From an uncultured Thermoanaerobaculia bacterium (GTDB lineage: Bacteria; Acidobacteriota; Thermoanaerobaculia; Multivoradales; CAZRFU01), in assembly GCA_964599475.1 (NCBI GenBank), contig CAZRFU010000014.1, forward strand, positions 9,121-73,120: a DNA stretch of 64,000 nucleotides, read 5' to 3'. The notes under the pieces were generated by a model that did not search any database, was not told the origin of the DNA, and saw nothing but the letters and a program-made list of their open reading frames with translations. Numbering within the stretch: the stretch's first letter is position 1; each line of letters opens with the position of its first letter. The position numbers and the translations under genes were made by a program. Below, in pieces: positions 53,281 to 62,454 of this stretch.

Positions 53281-53864
53281 GACACAGGACGACGACCGAG
53301 CAGGGAGCGCCCGAGCGTGACTTCGTCGGTGTATTCGATGTCGCCGCCGACGGGCATACCGAAGGCGAGTCGGCTGATCCGCGCGACACGACCGCGCAGC
53401 AGTCGGGCGAGGTAGAGAGCCGTGGCCTCACCTTCGACGTTGGGATTGGTGGCGAGGACCACCTCTTGGACGTCGTCGAGGCGGGAGAGCAGGAGGTCGA
53501 TCGAGAGCTCGCCTGGCCCGATGCCTCGTTGCGGGGACAGCGCTCCCTGCAGCACGTGGTAGCGACCCCGAAACTCTCCGGTGCGGTCGAGGGGGGCGAT
53601 GTTGAAGGGTTCCTCGACCACACAGAGCAGGCTCGGGTCGCGACTCGGATCGGAGCAGATGACGCAGGGATCGGTGTCGGTGATGGCGCGACAACGACTG
53701 CAGGGGAAGAGGCGCTCGCGGACGTCGATCAGGGCGTGGGCGAGGTTGCGGACCTGAGCTTCTGGTACCCGGAGGAGATGGTTGGCCAGGCGAGCCGCGG
53801 TTTTCGGGCCCACTCCAGGGAGTCGGCTGAGCTCGGCGGTGAGACGCTGCAGCGCTGCCGGCAT
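53277..53864 (-). CDS. recR: Recombination protein RecR
   Basis: HhH LPGVGPKTAARLA, C4 zinc finger CSRCRAITDTDPCVIC, Toprim. Start trimmed to Met22. Confidence 0.9.
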   Translation of the reverse strand: MPAALQRLTAELSRLPGVGPKTAARLANHLLRVPEAQVRNLAHALIDVRERLFPCSRCRAITDTDPCVICSDPSRDPSLLCVVEEPFNIAPLDRTGEFRGRYHVLQGALSPQRGIGPGELSIDLLLSRLDDVQEVVLATNPNVEGEATALYLARLLRGRVARISRLAFGMPVGGDIEYTDEVTLGRSLLGRRPVS

Positions 53865-53868
53865 CGAC

Positions 53869-54162
53869 TCAGAAGAGACCGGGCATGCCGCCGGTGAGCG
53901 CACCCAACTTCGACTGCATCGTCTCATCGACCTTGCGGGACGCTTCGCGCAGGGCCGCGACGATGAGGTCTTGAACCATGGTGGGATCGGCGGGATCGAG
54001 GACCTCGGGATCGATGGTTACGGACTGGATCTCCTTCAGGCCGTTGACCACCACGGTGACCACGCCGCCACCGGCGCTGGCCTCGATCTGAGCAGCTGCA
54101 AGCTCGCGCTGCATCTTCTCCTGCATCTGTTGGGCTTGGCGCATCATTTTCTGGATGTTCAT
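53869..54162 (-). CDS. ybaB: Nucleoid-associated protein YbaB/EbfC
   Basis: MNIQKMMRQAQQMQEKMQRELA...GLF. Conserved dnaX-ybaB-recR synteny. Confidence 0.9.
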   Translation of the reverse strand: MNIQKMMRQAQQMQEKMQRELAAAQIEASAGGGVVTVVVNGLKEIQSVTIDPEVLDPADPTMVQDLIVAALREASRKVDETMQSKLGALTGGMPGLF

Positions 54163-55796
54163 GGGATCTCCTCGTCGTCGGCAGACGCCGGCTCGAGTGG
54201 TTCGACGGATTCGACCGACCCTCCAAAAATCTCGAGCACAGCCTGGACTTCCGGAGCGGCTGCGAGGGCGGGCGGAGCGGCTGAGGACAGCCGTGGAGCG
54301 GTCGGCGAGGTAGTGGCGGAGGGAGCGGCGAGGGTGACGAGGTCGAGGCGCCAGCGACCGGTCGGGCCCAGGACCTCGCGGCAGGCAGCGTCGAGGACCT
54401 CACGGATCTGAGGGCGATCGAAGGCAGGAGCCTCGTCGACGGCCGCCGAGATGACCAAGGTCGAGCCGTCGATGCGCAGACCCTCGGCGACGCGCAGCCG
54501 GGCCGCGAGACCCTCGCGTCGGTCGGCGACCGCGCGCACGATGCGTTCGCGGTGGTCTTCCGGTTGGTCGGGCGGTGCGCTCGAGCGGGATGTGAAGACG
54601 GACGGCGACGCAGCGGCCGGGGAGGCCGGCCCAGCTTCACGCATCGAGCTCGGACGCGGCTGTTGCCCAACCGGGCGACCGTCGCTGAGCAGGCCCTCGA
54701 GGCGTTGGAGCCGCGGCAGCTCGGCCGCCCGCAGCCAAGCGATCTCGAGCGCGAGCGTAGGGATCTCGCTGCGACGGATCGTGGGCTCGCTCGAAAGGAG
54801 GTGGTGCAGCAGACGGAGCAACGACTCGTAGCCGACGGGTCGAGCGATCTGGGCAAGGTGCTCGGCTTCGTCAGCGGGGAGGTCGAGCCGGTCGCAGGAG
54901 GCTCCGGCAGCAAGGTGGAGTGCGTCGCGGACGAGGGCCATCAGCCGGTGGTGGACGGCGCGAGGGTCCCACCCTTCGGACTCGATGCGGGTGGCGACCT
55001 CGAGGACGACCTCGCGTCGACCGTCGACGATGGCTGCAAGCAGCTCCGGGAGGGTGGAGAGGTCCCCGCCCCCAAGCAGCGCAAACGCCGCCTCCTCGGT
55101 GATGGCGCCGTCGCCGAAGGTGGCGAGTTGGTCGAGGAGGGCGACGGCGTCACGCACGCTGCCCTCCGAGGCACGGGCAAGAACTCGCAGCGCTGCATCG
55201 GTGGCGGTGATCGCTTCGGCCTCGCAGATGCTGCGCAACTGGCCCGCGAGGACCGGAGTGGGGACGCGACGGAAGTGGAACTCCTGGCAGCGCGACAGGA
55301 TCGTCGCGGGCACGGCGTCGATCTCCGTGGTCGCGAAGATGAAGACGAGGAAGGCGGGCGGCTCTTCGACGATCTTGAGCAGGGCGTCGAAGGCCTGACG
55401 CGAGAGGCGATGGACCTCGTCGAGGATGACGACCTTCCAGCGCTCACGGGTGGGGCCGTAGCGCAGGCCTTCGGTGAGCTCGCGGATCTGCTCGACTCGG
55501 GAGTATGTTGCGGCGTCGATTTCGAGGACGTCGAGGCTCGCACCGGATGCAACGTCGCGACAGGAGGGGCAGACGTTGCAGGGCTCCGGGGTGGGCGCTT
55601 CGGCGCAGTTGAGGGCCTTGGCGACCAGGCGCGCGGCCGACGTCTTGCCGACGCCGCGAATGCCGGAGAAGAGGTAGGCCTGAGCGATCTTCTGCTCGCG
55701 CAGCGCATTGGACAAGGCGGTCACGACCGCTTCTTGGCCGATCAGGTCGGCAAAGGTGCGAGGGCGCCACTTGCGGGCGAGAGCGGTGTAGGTCAT
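54159..55796 (-). CDS. dnaX: DNA polymerase III subunit gamma/tau
   Basis: MTYTALARKWRPRTFADLIGQE, Walker A GIRGVGKTS, zinc module CNVCPSC. Start trimmed by 247 codons of shadow. Confidence 0.9.
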   Translation of the reverse strand: MTYTALARKWRPRTFADLIGQEAVVTALSNALREQKIAQAYLFSGIRGVGKTSAARLVAKALNCAEAPTPEPCNVCPSCRDVASGASLDVLEIDAATYSRVEQIRELTEGLRYGPTRERWKVVILDEVHRLSRQAFDALLKIVEEPPAFLVFIFATTEIDAVPATILSRCQEFHFRRVPTPVLAGQLRSICEAEAITATDAALRVLARASEGSVRDAVALLDQLATFGDGAITEEAAFALLGGGDLSTLPELLAAIVDGRREVVLEVATRIESEGWDPRAVHHRLMALVRDALHLAAGASCDRLDLPADEAEHLAQIARPVGYESLLRLLHHLLSSEPTIRRSEIPTLALEIAWLRAAELPRLQRLEGLLSDGRPVGQQPRPSSMREAGPASPAAASPSVFTSRSSAPPDQPEDHRERIVRAVADRREGLAARLRVAEGLRIDGSTLVISAAVDEAPAFDRPQIREVLDAACREVLGPTGRWRLDLVTLAAPSATTSPTAPRLSSAAPPALAAAPEVQAVLEIFGGSVESVEPLEPASADDEEIP

Positions 55797-55812
55797 GCGG
55801 GGGTGAAGAAAG

Positions 55813-55934
55813 GGGTCGACGAAGGGTTCCGGCCGATCTGCGGCACTCGAGTCGCACGCCTTATCGCTGCTCCCTTCCGGGCCTGACGAGGTTCGACAGC
55901 GGTCGATGCACAGGACCCGAACCCTTCGTCGGCC
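55813..55934 (-). ncRNA. ffs: Signal recognition particle RNA (small 4.5S-type ffs), immediately upstream of dnaX
   Basis: The minus-strand transcript contains the domain IV motif GUCAGGCCCGGAAGGGAGCAGC. It has a long terminal helix (5' GACGAAGGGUUC pairs with 3' GGAACCCUUCGUC). Canonical ffs-dnaX-ybaB-recR synteny. Confidence 0.8.
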
Positions 55935-55998
55935 CCTCGCCGGGATGGTACGCTGCTCGAGGCCGTGGCGCAACTGGCGGCGGGGTGTGACTTTACGG

Positions 55999-56600
<602 letters not shown>

Positions 56601-56644
56601 TCTGCAACAACCGCGTTCTTTGATCTCGTGATAAAACCAGGTTC

Positions 56645-56734
56645 GGAGAGGTGCCAGAGTGGTCGATCGGGGCGGTCTCGAAAACCGTTGACCGTGCGAG
56701 CGGTCCGTGGGTTCGAATCCCACCCTCTCCGCCA
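56645..56734 (+). tRNA. tRNA-Ser (anticodon CGA)
   Basis: Same acceptor stem, anticodon loop CTCGAAA, long variable arm, T-loop GGTTCGAATCC, encoded CCA. Confidence 0.9.
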
Positions 56735-56807
56735 AACCTTCAGCTCGTCCCGCCTTTGAACGAGGTGGCGCCAGTCGCCTCATTGTTCGCACTGAGAGGA
56801 ATACATC

Positions 56808-56942
56808 GTGAAGCGCACGTTCCAGCCCAACAATCGGCGCCGCCACAAGACCCACGGCTTCTTGACCCGGATGAAGACCCGCGGCGGTCGCGCCGTGCTC
56901 AACGCTCGGCGCCGCAAGGGCCGCAAGCGGATCGCGGTCTGA
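56808..56942 (+). CDS. rpmH: 50S ribosomal protein L34 (GTG start)
   Basis: Translates to [44 protein letters not shown] (44 aa). GAGAGGA SD lies 7 nt upstream. Confidence 0.9.
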   Translation: MKRTFQPNNRRRHKTHGFLTRMKTRGGRAVLNARRRKGRKRIAV

Positions 56943-57286
56943 CCGAGGGTCGACAACGGCTTCGCCCGAGTGACAGGCTCAGAAGGCACCCAGACTTTCA
57001 GGCCTGTTACCGCGAAGGTAGAAAGCGCCATGGGCGGCTGGTCATTCTGTTCCTGCGCGGGAACGGAACGGCCGAGCCGCGTTTTGGCGTGACCGTAACA
57101 CGCAAGTCGGGCGGTTCCGTGGAACGCCATCGGCTCAAGCGCGTACTGAAGGAAGGGTTCCGGTTGGCCGGCCAGAGAGGCCGGCTCGGGGGAGTGGACG
57201 TCGTGGCTCATGTCCGGCCCGGGACCCGGGCGCAAGACGCCGAGGCGGCGCGACGAGAGCTCGAAGCGCTCCTGCCCGGCGGCTGA
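56939..57286 (+). CDS. rnpA: RNase P protein component; start codon uncertain (no canonical start after rpmH)
   Basis: [10 protein letters not shown]...[10 protein letters not shown]...[28 protein letters not shown] matches the RnpA RNR motif region. The frame is open upstream through the whole of rpmH. Confidence 0.65.
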   Translation: MTEGRQRLRPSDRLRRHPDFQACYREGRKRHGRLVILFLRGNGTAEPRFGVTVTRKSGGSVERHRLKRVLKEGFRLAGQRGRLGGVDVVAHVRPGTRAQDAEAARRELEALLPGG

Positions 57287-57318
57287 GCTCAGCAGGCTCT
57301 GAGCGACAGGGGGTTCGA

Positions 57319-59007
57319 GTGGACGAGAAGAGACTGATTCTGGCGGCGGTCCTGTCGCTTGGCGTGATCGCGGTGTGGCAGGTGGTGTTTCCACCGCCGG
57401 TGGCGGTCGAAGAGCAGGGTGTCGAGCCCGCGGCAGCGCCGAGTCCGGCGGAACCGCGGACCGCTGCGGCAGCGGTCGCAGGGGCGGGCCCGCCGAGCGA
57501 GGTGACGGCCGGCGGCACGCCCGAGGTGCTGACGTGGGGCACCGCGTCCGAAGAGCAAACGGTGGAAATCCAGGGGGAGGGGTTTCGCGCGCGCATTTCG
57601 AATCGGGGCGGACAGATTGTCTCCTACCAGTTGACGGAGCACGTTGGGCTCGGTGGGGGAGCGCTCGAGATGGTGCGCCAGCGGGATCGCGGACCGTTTC
57701 CCTACGGGGTGGTCGATGCTGAGGGAGAGCCATTGCTGGCGGACGCGCTGTTTCACGTGGAACAGTCAGCTGGTCGGGTCACGCTGCGCTGGTCGGAGGG
57801 TCCACGGTGGGCCGAGAAGGAGTTCCGCTTCGGCGCCCGAGGAGAGCTGGAGGTTCGGGTTCGAGCCGCGCTCGCAGGAGAGGCGTGGCACGTGTGGCTG
57901 GGTCCGGGGGTCCGGAATCCGTCGGACGCCGAGGACGGTCAACAATACCAAGTGAAGGAGGCGCTCTGGCGCAGCGCGGGCGAGGTCGAACGCCGGCTCG
58001 CGCGGAAGGTGACAGAGCTCGAAGATGTTCCGCTCAGTGGCCTCGAATGGGTCGCTCTGGATGACACGTACTTCATCTCGGCGGTGTTCCTGGACCCGTC
58101 GGTCGCCCGCGTGGGGCTGGTGCCGACGATTCGTCGCGACGAGCCGGCCGGGACGCGCTACGAGCCGCTGGCAGACCTGAGCAAGCTCAAAGGGCAGGAG
58201 AAGAAGGCGCCGCGCGAGATCGCGCTGGTGTTCGAGCCGGCCGCGGGCGAGATCGTGCTGCCGGGGTTCTGGGGAGGCAAGGAGCGCAAACGGCTCGATG
58301 AGCTGGGTCGGGGTCTTCCGGAGGCCATCGATTGGGGATTCTTTGGAATCTTGTCGCGGCCGCTTCACTCGGGCCTACTGTGGCTGCACTCGCGAGTGGT
58401 GCCGAACTACGGCTGGGCGATCGTGATCATGACGATCCTGATCAAGATCGTGCTGTTGCCGCTGACACACGTCAGCCACGTCTCGATGCAGAAGATGCAG
58501 GAGGTCAACCCCAAGGCGCAGGCGATCCGCGCGAAGTATCGCGGCAAGCTGCGCGACAAGGACGGCCGGTTCAACGTCGAGAACCAGCGACGCATGAACG
58601 AGGAGATGCAGGCGGTGTACTCCGAGGCTGGTGTGAACCCGATGAGCGGGTGCCTGCCGATGCTCGCCCAGATTCCGATCTTCTTCGCCTACTTTCGACT
58701 TCTTCCCTTGGCGATCGAGCTGAGAATGGCTCCGTGGCTCGGCTGGATCCAGGACCTGTCAGCAGCGGATCCGTACTTCCTGTTGCCGGTGATCATGGGT
58801 GTGACCCAGGTCATTCAGATGAAGCTGACTCCGCAGGCGAGCGATCCCATCCAGCGGCGCATCATGCAGCTGTTTCCGATCGTGTTCACGGTCTTTTCGT
58901 TGGGCTTCCCCAGCGGCTTGGTGTTGTACTGGTTGACCAACAACATCTTCACCATCGGCCAGATCTGGACCTACAACCGGATCAAGGCGGCCAAGGCTGC
59001 GAAGTGA
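57319..59007 (+). CDS. yidC: Membrane protein insertase YidC (GTG start)
   Basis: N-terminal TM helix, a large periplasmic domain and C-terminal 5-TM core motifs (GCLPMLAQIPIFFAYF, LYWLTNNIFTIGQ). Confidence 0.9.
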   Translation: MDEKRLILAAVLSLGVIAVWQVVFPPPVAVEEQGVEPAAAPSPAEPRTAAAAVAGAGPPSEVTAGGTPEVLTWGTASEEQTVEIQGEGFRARISNRGGQIVSYQLTEHVGLGGGALEMVRQRDRGPFPYGVVDAEGEPLLADALFHVEQSAGRVTLRWSEGPRWAEKEFRFGARGELEVRVRAALAGEAWHVWLGPGVRNPSDAEDGQQYQVKEALWRSAGEVERRLARKVTELEDVPLSGLEWVALDDTYFISAVFLDPSVARVGLVPTIRRDEPAGTRYEPLADLSKLKGQEKKAPREIALVFEPAAGEIVLPGFWGGKERKRLDELGRGLPEAIDWGFFGILSRPLHSGLLWLHSRVVPNYGWAIVIMTILIKIVLLPLTHVSHVSMQKMQEVNPKAQAIRAKYRGKLRDKDGRFNVENQRRMNEEMQAVYSEAGVNPMSGCLPMLAQIPIFFAYFRLLPLAIELRMAPWLGWIQDLSAADPYFLLPVIMGVTQVIQMKLTPQASDPIQRRIMQLFPIVFTVFSLGFPSGLVLYWLTNNIFTIGQIWTYNRIKAAKAAK

Positions 59008-59019
59008 ACGGAGGCGAGC

Positions 59020-59754
59020 ATGAGTGAGGCGAGCAAGCAGTACTTTTCCGGCGCAACCTTGGGACAGGCGCTGGTCGCGGCATCGGCGGCGCTCGGCATC
59101 TCGCCCGAGCGGATTCGCTACCAACCGGTCGAGGGACGGCACACCTCGTGGAAGGGCACTCGCCGGATCGTCATAGCGGTGGATCCTACTGCGCCCGAGC
59201 TCCCGCCACCGGCGCGTCCCGTGCCGACGACACCGGCGCGCCCGGCGGCGCAGCGGATGCCCGAGCGAGCTGATCTTCGCGAGCCGCGCCACGCTCGGAG
59301 CCCAGAAACCACGGAGGAGACCGAAGTGGTCGCGGCGATGGGGTTGACGGTGCGCCTGAGTGGTTTGGATCTCGAAGTGGAGGCTCGAGGTGGGCCGGAG
59401 GGTGTGGAGGTCGAGCTGTTCGGTCGGGATACACGGTATGCGATCGGCCGTCATGGTGAGGTGCTGCGAGCGCTGGAGCACGTTGCCGGTCGTCTCTGCG
59501 GCGAACGGTTTCCGCTGCGGGTCGACTGCGGAGGCTTTCGGGCACGGCAGGACCGGGCGCTCGAGGACTTGGCCCAGGAGGCCTGCGCGGAAGTGGCGCG
59601 GGTCGGCCGCGCGGTGCTCCTGGACCCGATGTCGCCGCCGGAGCGTCGGATCGTGCACCTGGTTGCGCGGGCAGCGGGTTTGCGGTCGGAGAGCCAAGGC
59701 GAAGGCTTCCTCAAGCGGGTCGAGATCTCGCCGGAGCCGATGCCGGCCGAATAG
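59020..59754 (+). CDS. jag: Jag/KhpB RNA-binding protein (Jag_N, KH, R3H)
   Basis: Conserved position after yidC. C-terminal R3H-like RRIVHLVARAAG... Confidence 0.8.
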   Translation: MSEASKQYFSGATLGQALVAASAALGISPERIRYQPVEGRHTSWKGTRRIVIAVDPTAPELPPPARPVPTTPARPAAQRMPERADLREPRHARSPETTEETEVVAAMGLTVRLSGLDLEVEARGGPEGVEVELFGRDTRYAIGRHGEVLRALEHVAGRLCGERFPLRVDCGGFRARQDRALEDLAQEACAEVARVGRAVLLDPMSPPERRIVHLVARAAGLRSESQGEGFLKRVEISPEPMPAE

Positions 59755-59768
59755 CCTGCACGTTTCAC

Positions 59769-60410
59769 GTGAAACACAACCTTGCGCCGGTTCCTTTGGA
59801 GAGGTTTCATGGCCTCTGCGATGTTGTTGCCGACCCCAAGGAGCGCGAGCTTTGCGCTGAGCGTTTGCTCGCTCACTACCAAACACTCCGGACCTGGTCG
59901 CGGATTCACGACCTGATTGGCCCAGGGACGATGGACGATGCCCTCGTCCGTCACTATGGCGAAGCGCTGGCGGCGGTGGGCAGTCTCCCGACCTCTGGCC
60001 TGCTGGTGGATCTCGGCAGCGGCGCCGGCTTTCCGGGCTTCGTGCTCGCCTGCGCGAGGCCCGGTCTGCGGGTGGTCCTGGTCGAGCCGCGCATGAAGCG
60101 TGCCGCGTTCCTGCGCGCTGGCGCTCGAGCCGCCGGATTGGAGCTGGAGGTCCATGCTGCTAGACTGCCTCTCCCGCTGCCTGCGGCGTTTGACCAGGGC
60201 ATCGCCGCGGTGACCGTCCGGGCCCTGAAGGTCGACGCTCCGACCGCGGCGGCTCTGGTGGCGCGGCTCGAGCCAACGGGACGATGGTTGGTGTGGTCGG
60301 GCCGAACAGTGACGCTGCCGCAAGGCTTGGTACCACTCGAGCGGCTGGATCTGCCGGGACAACGGGACGCTCACATCGTCGTCGCGGGCCGCGGTGACGT
60401 CACAGATTGA
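59769..60410 (+). CDS. rsmG: 16S rRNA (guanine527-N7)-methyltransferase RsmG/GidB
   Basis: SAM-binding motif LVDLGSGAGFPG. Confidence 0.85.
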   Translation: MKHNLAPVPLERFHGLCDVVADPKERELCAERLLAHYQTLRTWSRIHDLIGPGTMDDALVRHYGEALAAVGSLPTSGLLVDLGSGAGFPGFVLACARPGLRVVLVEPRMKRAAFLRAGARAAGLELEVHAARLPLPLPAAFDQGIAAVTVRALKVDAPTAAALVARLEPTGRWLVWSGRTVTLPQGLVPLERLDLPGQRDAHIVVAGRGDVTD

Positions 60411-60416
60411 GGAAAG

Positions 60417-61175
60417 ATGGCAACAGTCGTCGCAATCGCGAATCAGAAGGGTGGGGTGGGCAAAACCACCACGACCATCAACCTCGGCGCCGCTCTGGCT
60501 GCCTTTGATGCCCCGACCCTGGTGGTCGACGCCGATCCCCAGGGCAACGCCACCCGCGGCCTCGGGCTCGACGCCAGCGCTCCGCATCTCTACCACCTCC
60601 TCACCCGCGCGGGAGACACCGTCGGCGCGATCGTCGCCAGCAAGACGCCCAAGCTGCATGTGCTTCCGGCCGATCGCGATCTGGTGGGTGCCGAGGTCGA
60701 GTTGGTCGGCGCGGAGAACTGGCAGACGCGGCTCAAGCATGCCCTCGATGCGGTGCGCGAGCGCTATCGCTTCATCCTCATCGATTGCCCACCTTCGCTC
60801 GGACATCTCACCGTCAACGCGCTCGTTGCCGCCGATACCGTCGTGGTACCGTTGCAGTGTGAGTACTTCGCGCTCGAGGGCATTTCCGAGCTGGTGGCGA
60901 CGGTCGAGCGCGTGCGAAGTGCCCACAACCCGCGCCTGGGTATCGGTGGCGTGGTGTTGACGATGTACGACGAGCGCACCAACCTGGCGCGAGACGTGGC
61001 CGAAGAGGCACGAAGGCACTTTGCCAGCCGTGTCTTCGAAACCGTGGTGCCACGCAACGTGCGATTGGCCGAGGCGCCCAGCCACGGCGTGCCGGTGATC
61101 GAGTACGACATTCGCAGCCGCGGTGCCGAGGCCTATCTGGCGCTGGCGCGCGAAGTTGCCGCGAGGTGGGCGTGA
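60417..61175 (+). CDS. parA: Chromosome partitioning ATPase ParA/Soj
   Basis: Deviant Walker A IANQKGGVGKTTT. Confidence 0.9.
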   Translation: MATVVAIANQKGGVGKTTTTINLGAALAAFDAPTLVVDADPQGNATRGLGLDASAPHLYHLLTRAGDTVGAIVASKTPKLHVLPADRDLVGAEVELVGAENWQTRLKHALDAVRERYRFILIDCPPSLGHLTVNALVAADTVVVPLQCEYFALEGISELVATVERVRSAHNPRLGIGGVVLTMYDERTNLARDVAEEARRHFASRVFETVVPRNVRLAEAPSHGVPVIEYDIRSRGAEAYLALAREVAARWA

Positions 61176-62026
61176 CTCGGCGGGGAGGTCTCGGCCGCGG
61201 CCTCGATGCGTTGTTGCCCAAGGCGGCCGAAGCCACGCGGGTGTTGCCGGTCAGTCATCTCAAACCCAATCGGTTCCAGCCCCGGATCGAGTTCGACGAG
61301 AGCCAACTCGAAGACCTCGCCGCCTCGATTCGGGCGCAGGGCGTGGTGCAGCCCATCGTCGTCACGCCGGACCGCGACGGCGGGTACATGATCGTAGCCG
61401 GCGAACGCCGCTGGCGCGCCTCGCAACGGGCGGGGCTCCAGCAGGTTCCCGTCGTCGTGCGCGAAGTGTCGGGCGAGCGCGAAATGCTTGAACTGGCGTT
61501 GGTCGAGAACCTGCAACGCAGCGATCTCAACCCGATCGAAGAGGCGCTGGCCTATTTCGCGCTCAAGGAAGAGTTCGGTCTTTCCCAGGACCAGGTCGCC
61601 GAGCGGGTGGGCAAGGCTCGTCCGACGGTGGCCAACGCGTTGCGGTTGTTGAAGTTACCACAGCCGGTCCAGGATCTCCTGAGGTCGGGGAAGCTGACGG
61701 CGGGTCAGGCGCGGCCGCTGTTGACCCTCGAGCTCGCGAAGGATCAGTTGGCGCTTGCCCAGAAGGCGGTCGGCGAGCAGCTCAACGCACGCCGCATCGA
61801 GGCCTTGGTCTCCCAGGCGGTCGCGGCGGCCAAGCCGGCCGGCAGTACCCGAGTCCCCACAACCGACGTTCACTCCGCGGCAGCCGCCGAAGCGTTGACG
61901 CAACGCCTCAAGGCCAAAGTCGAGATCGTCCGCCGTGGCGCCGGAGGCCGTCTCACCATCCAGTTTTCCAGTGAGGAGGAGCTGATGCGCCTGTACGAGC
62001 TCCTGTCCTCCTTCAGGGAGCAGTGA
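61166..62026 (+). CDS. parB: Chromosome partitioning protein ParB/Spo0J (start at GTG 61166 or GTG 61172 overlapping the parA stop)
   Basis: RRGGLGRGLDALL N-terminal box, ParB box GERRWRAS and HTH. Confidence 0.9.
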   Translation: MGVTRRGGLGRGLDALLPKAAEATRVLPVSHLKPNRFQPRIEFDESQLEDLAASIRAQGVVQPIVVTPDRDGGYMIVAGERRWRASQRAGLQQVPVVVREVSGEREMLELALVENLQRSDLNPIEEALAYFALKEEFGLSQDQVAERVGKARPTVANALRLLKLPQPVQDLLRSGKLTAGQARPLLTLELAKDQLALAQKAVGEQLNARRIEALVSQAVAAAKPAGSTRVPTTDVHSAAAAEALTQRLKAKVEIVRRGAGGRLTIQFSSEEELMRLYELLSSFREQ

Positions 62027-62028
62027 AG

Positions 62029-62454
62029 ATGTTTGGAACTTCTCGCACCGGCGAGCTCAACGGCTTCCTCGACAAGGGCAGTACCATCCGAGGAGAGTTG
62101 CACTTTGAGGACACCTTTCGAGTCGAGGGCACGATCCACGGGTCGGTGACCTCACACGGCAACCTCGTGGTCGGCGAACAAGGAGTGGTCGACGGAACCA
62201 TCGATGTCGGCCGAGTGTTGATCAGTGGTGAAGTGCGCGGCAAGGTGATCGCGCGCAAGGTGGAGCTCGCCAAAGGTTGTCGCGTCAGGGCAGAGCTCGA
62301 AACCCCGGCGCTGATCATCGAAGAGGGTGCCTATTTCGAGGGCCGGTGCTCGATGTCGCAAGCGGGTGCATCAGATGGCGCGGAGGAACCCCGCGGTCCG
62401 CGGCCGATCGAAAACGACGATCCTCAGGGACTGCGCAGGGCGAGGAAGTCGTAA
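62029..62454 (+). CDS. Bactofilin (DUF583 polymer-forming cytoskeletal protein)
   Basis: Beta-helical repeat core (VEGTIHGSVTSHGNLVVGEQGVVDGTIDVGRVLISGEVRGKV). ATG at 62029 with a GGGAG SD. Immediately downstream of parB. Confidence 0.8.
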   Translation: MFGTSRTGELNGFLDKGSTIRGELHFEDTFRVEGTIHGSVTSHGNLVVGEQGVVDGTIDVGRVLISGEVRGKVIARKVELAKGCRVRAELETPALIIEEGAYFEGRCSMSQAGASDGAEEPRGPRPIENDDPQGLRRARKS

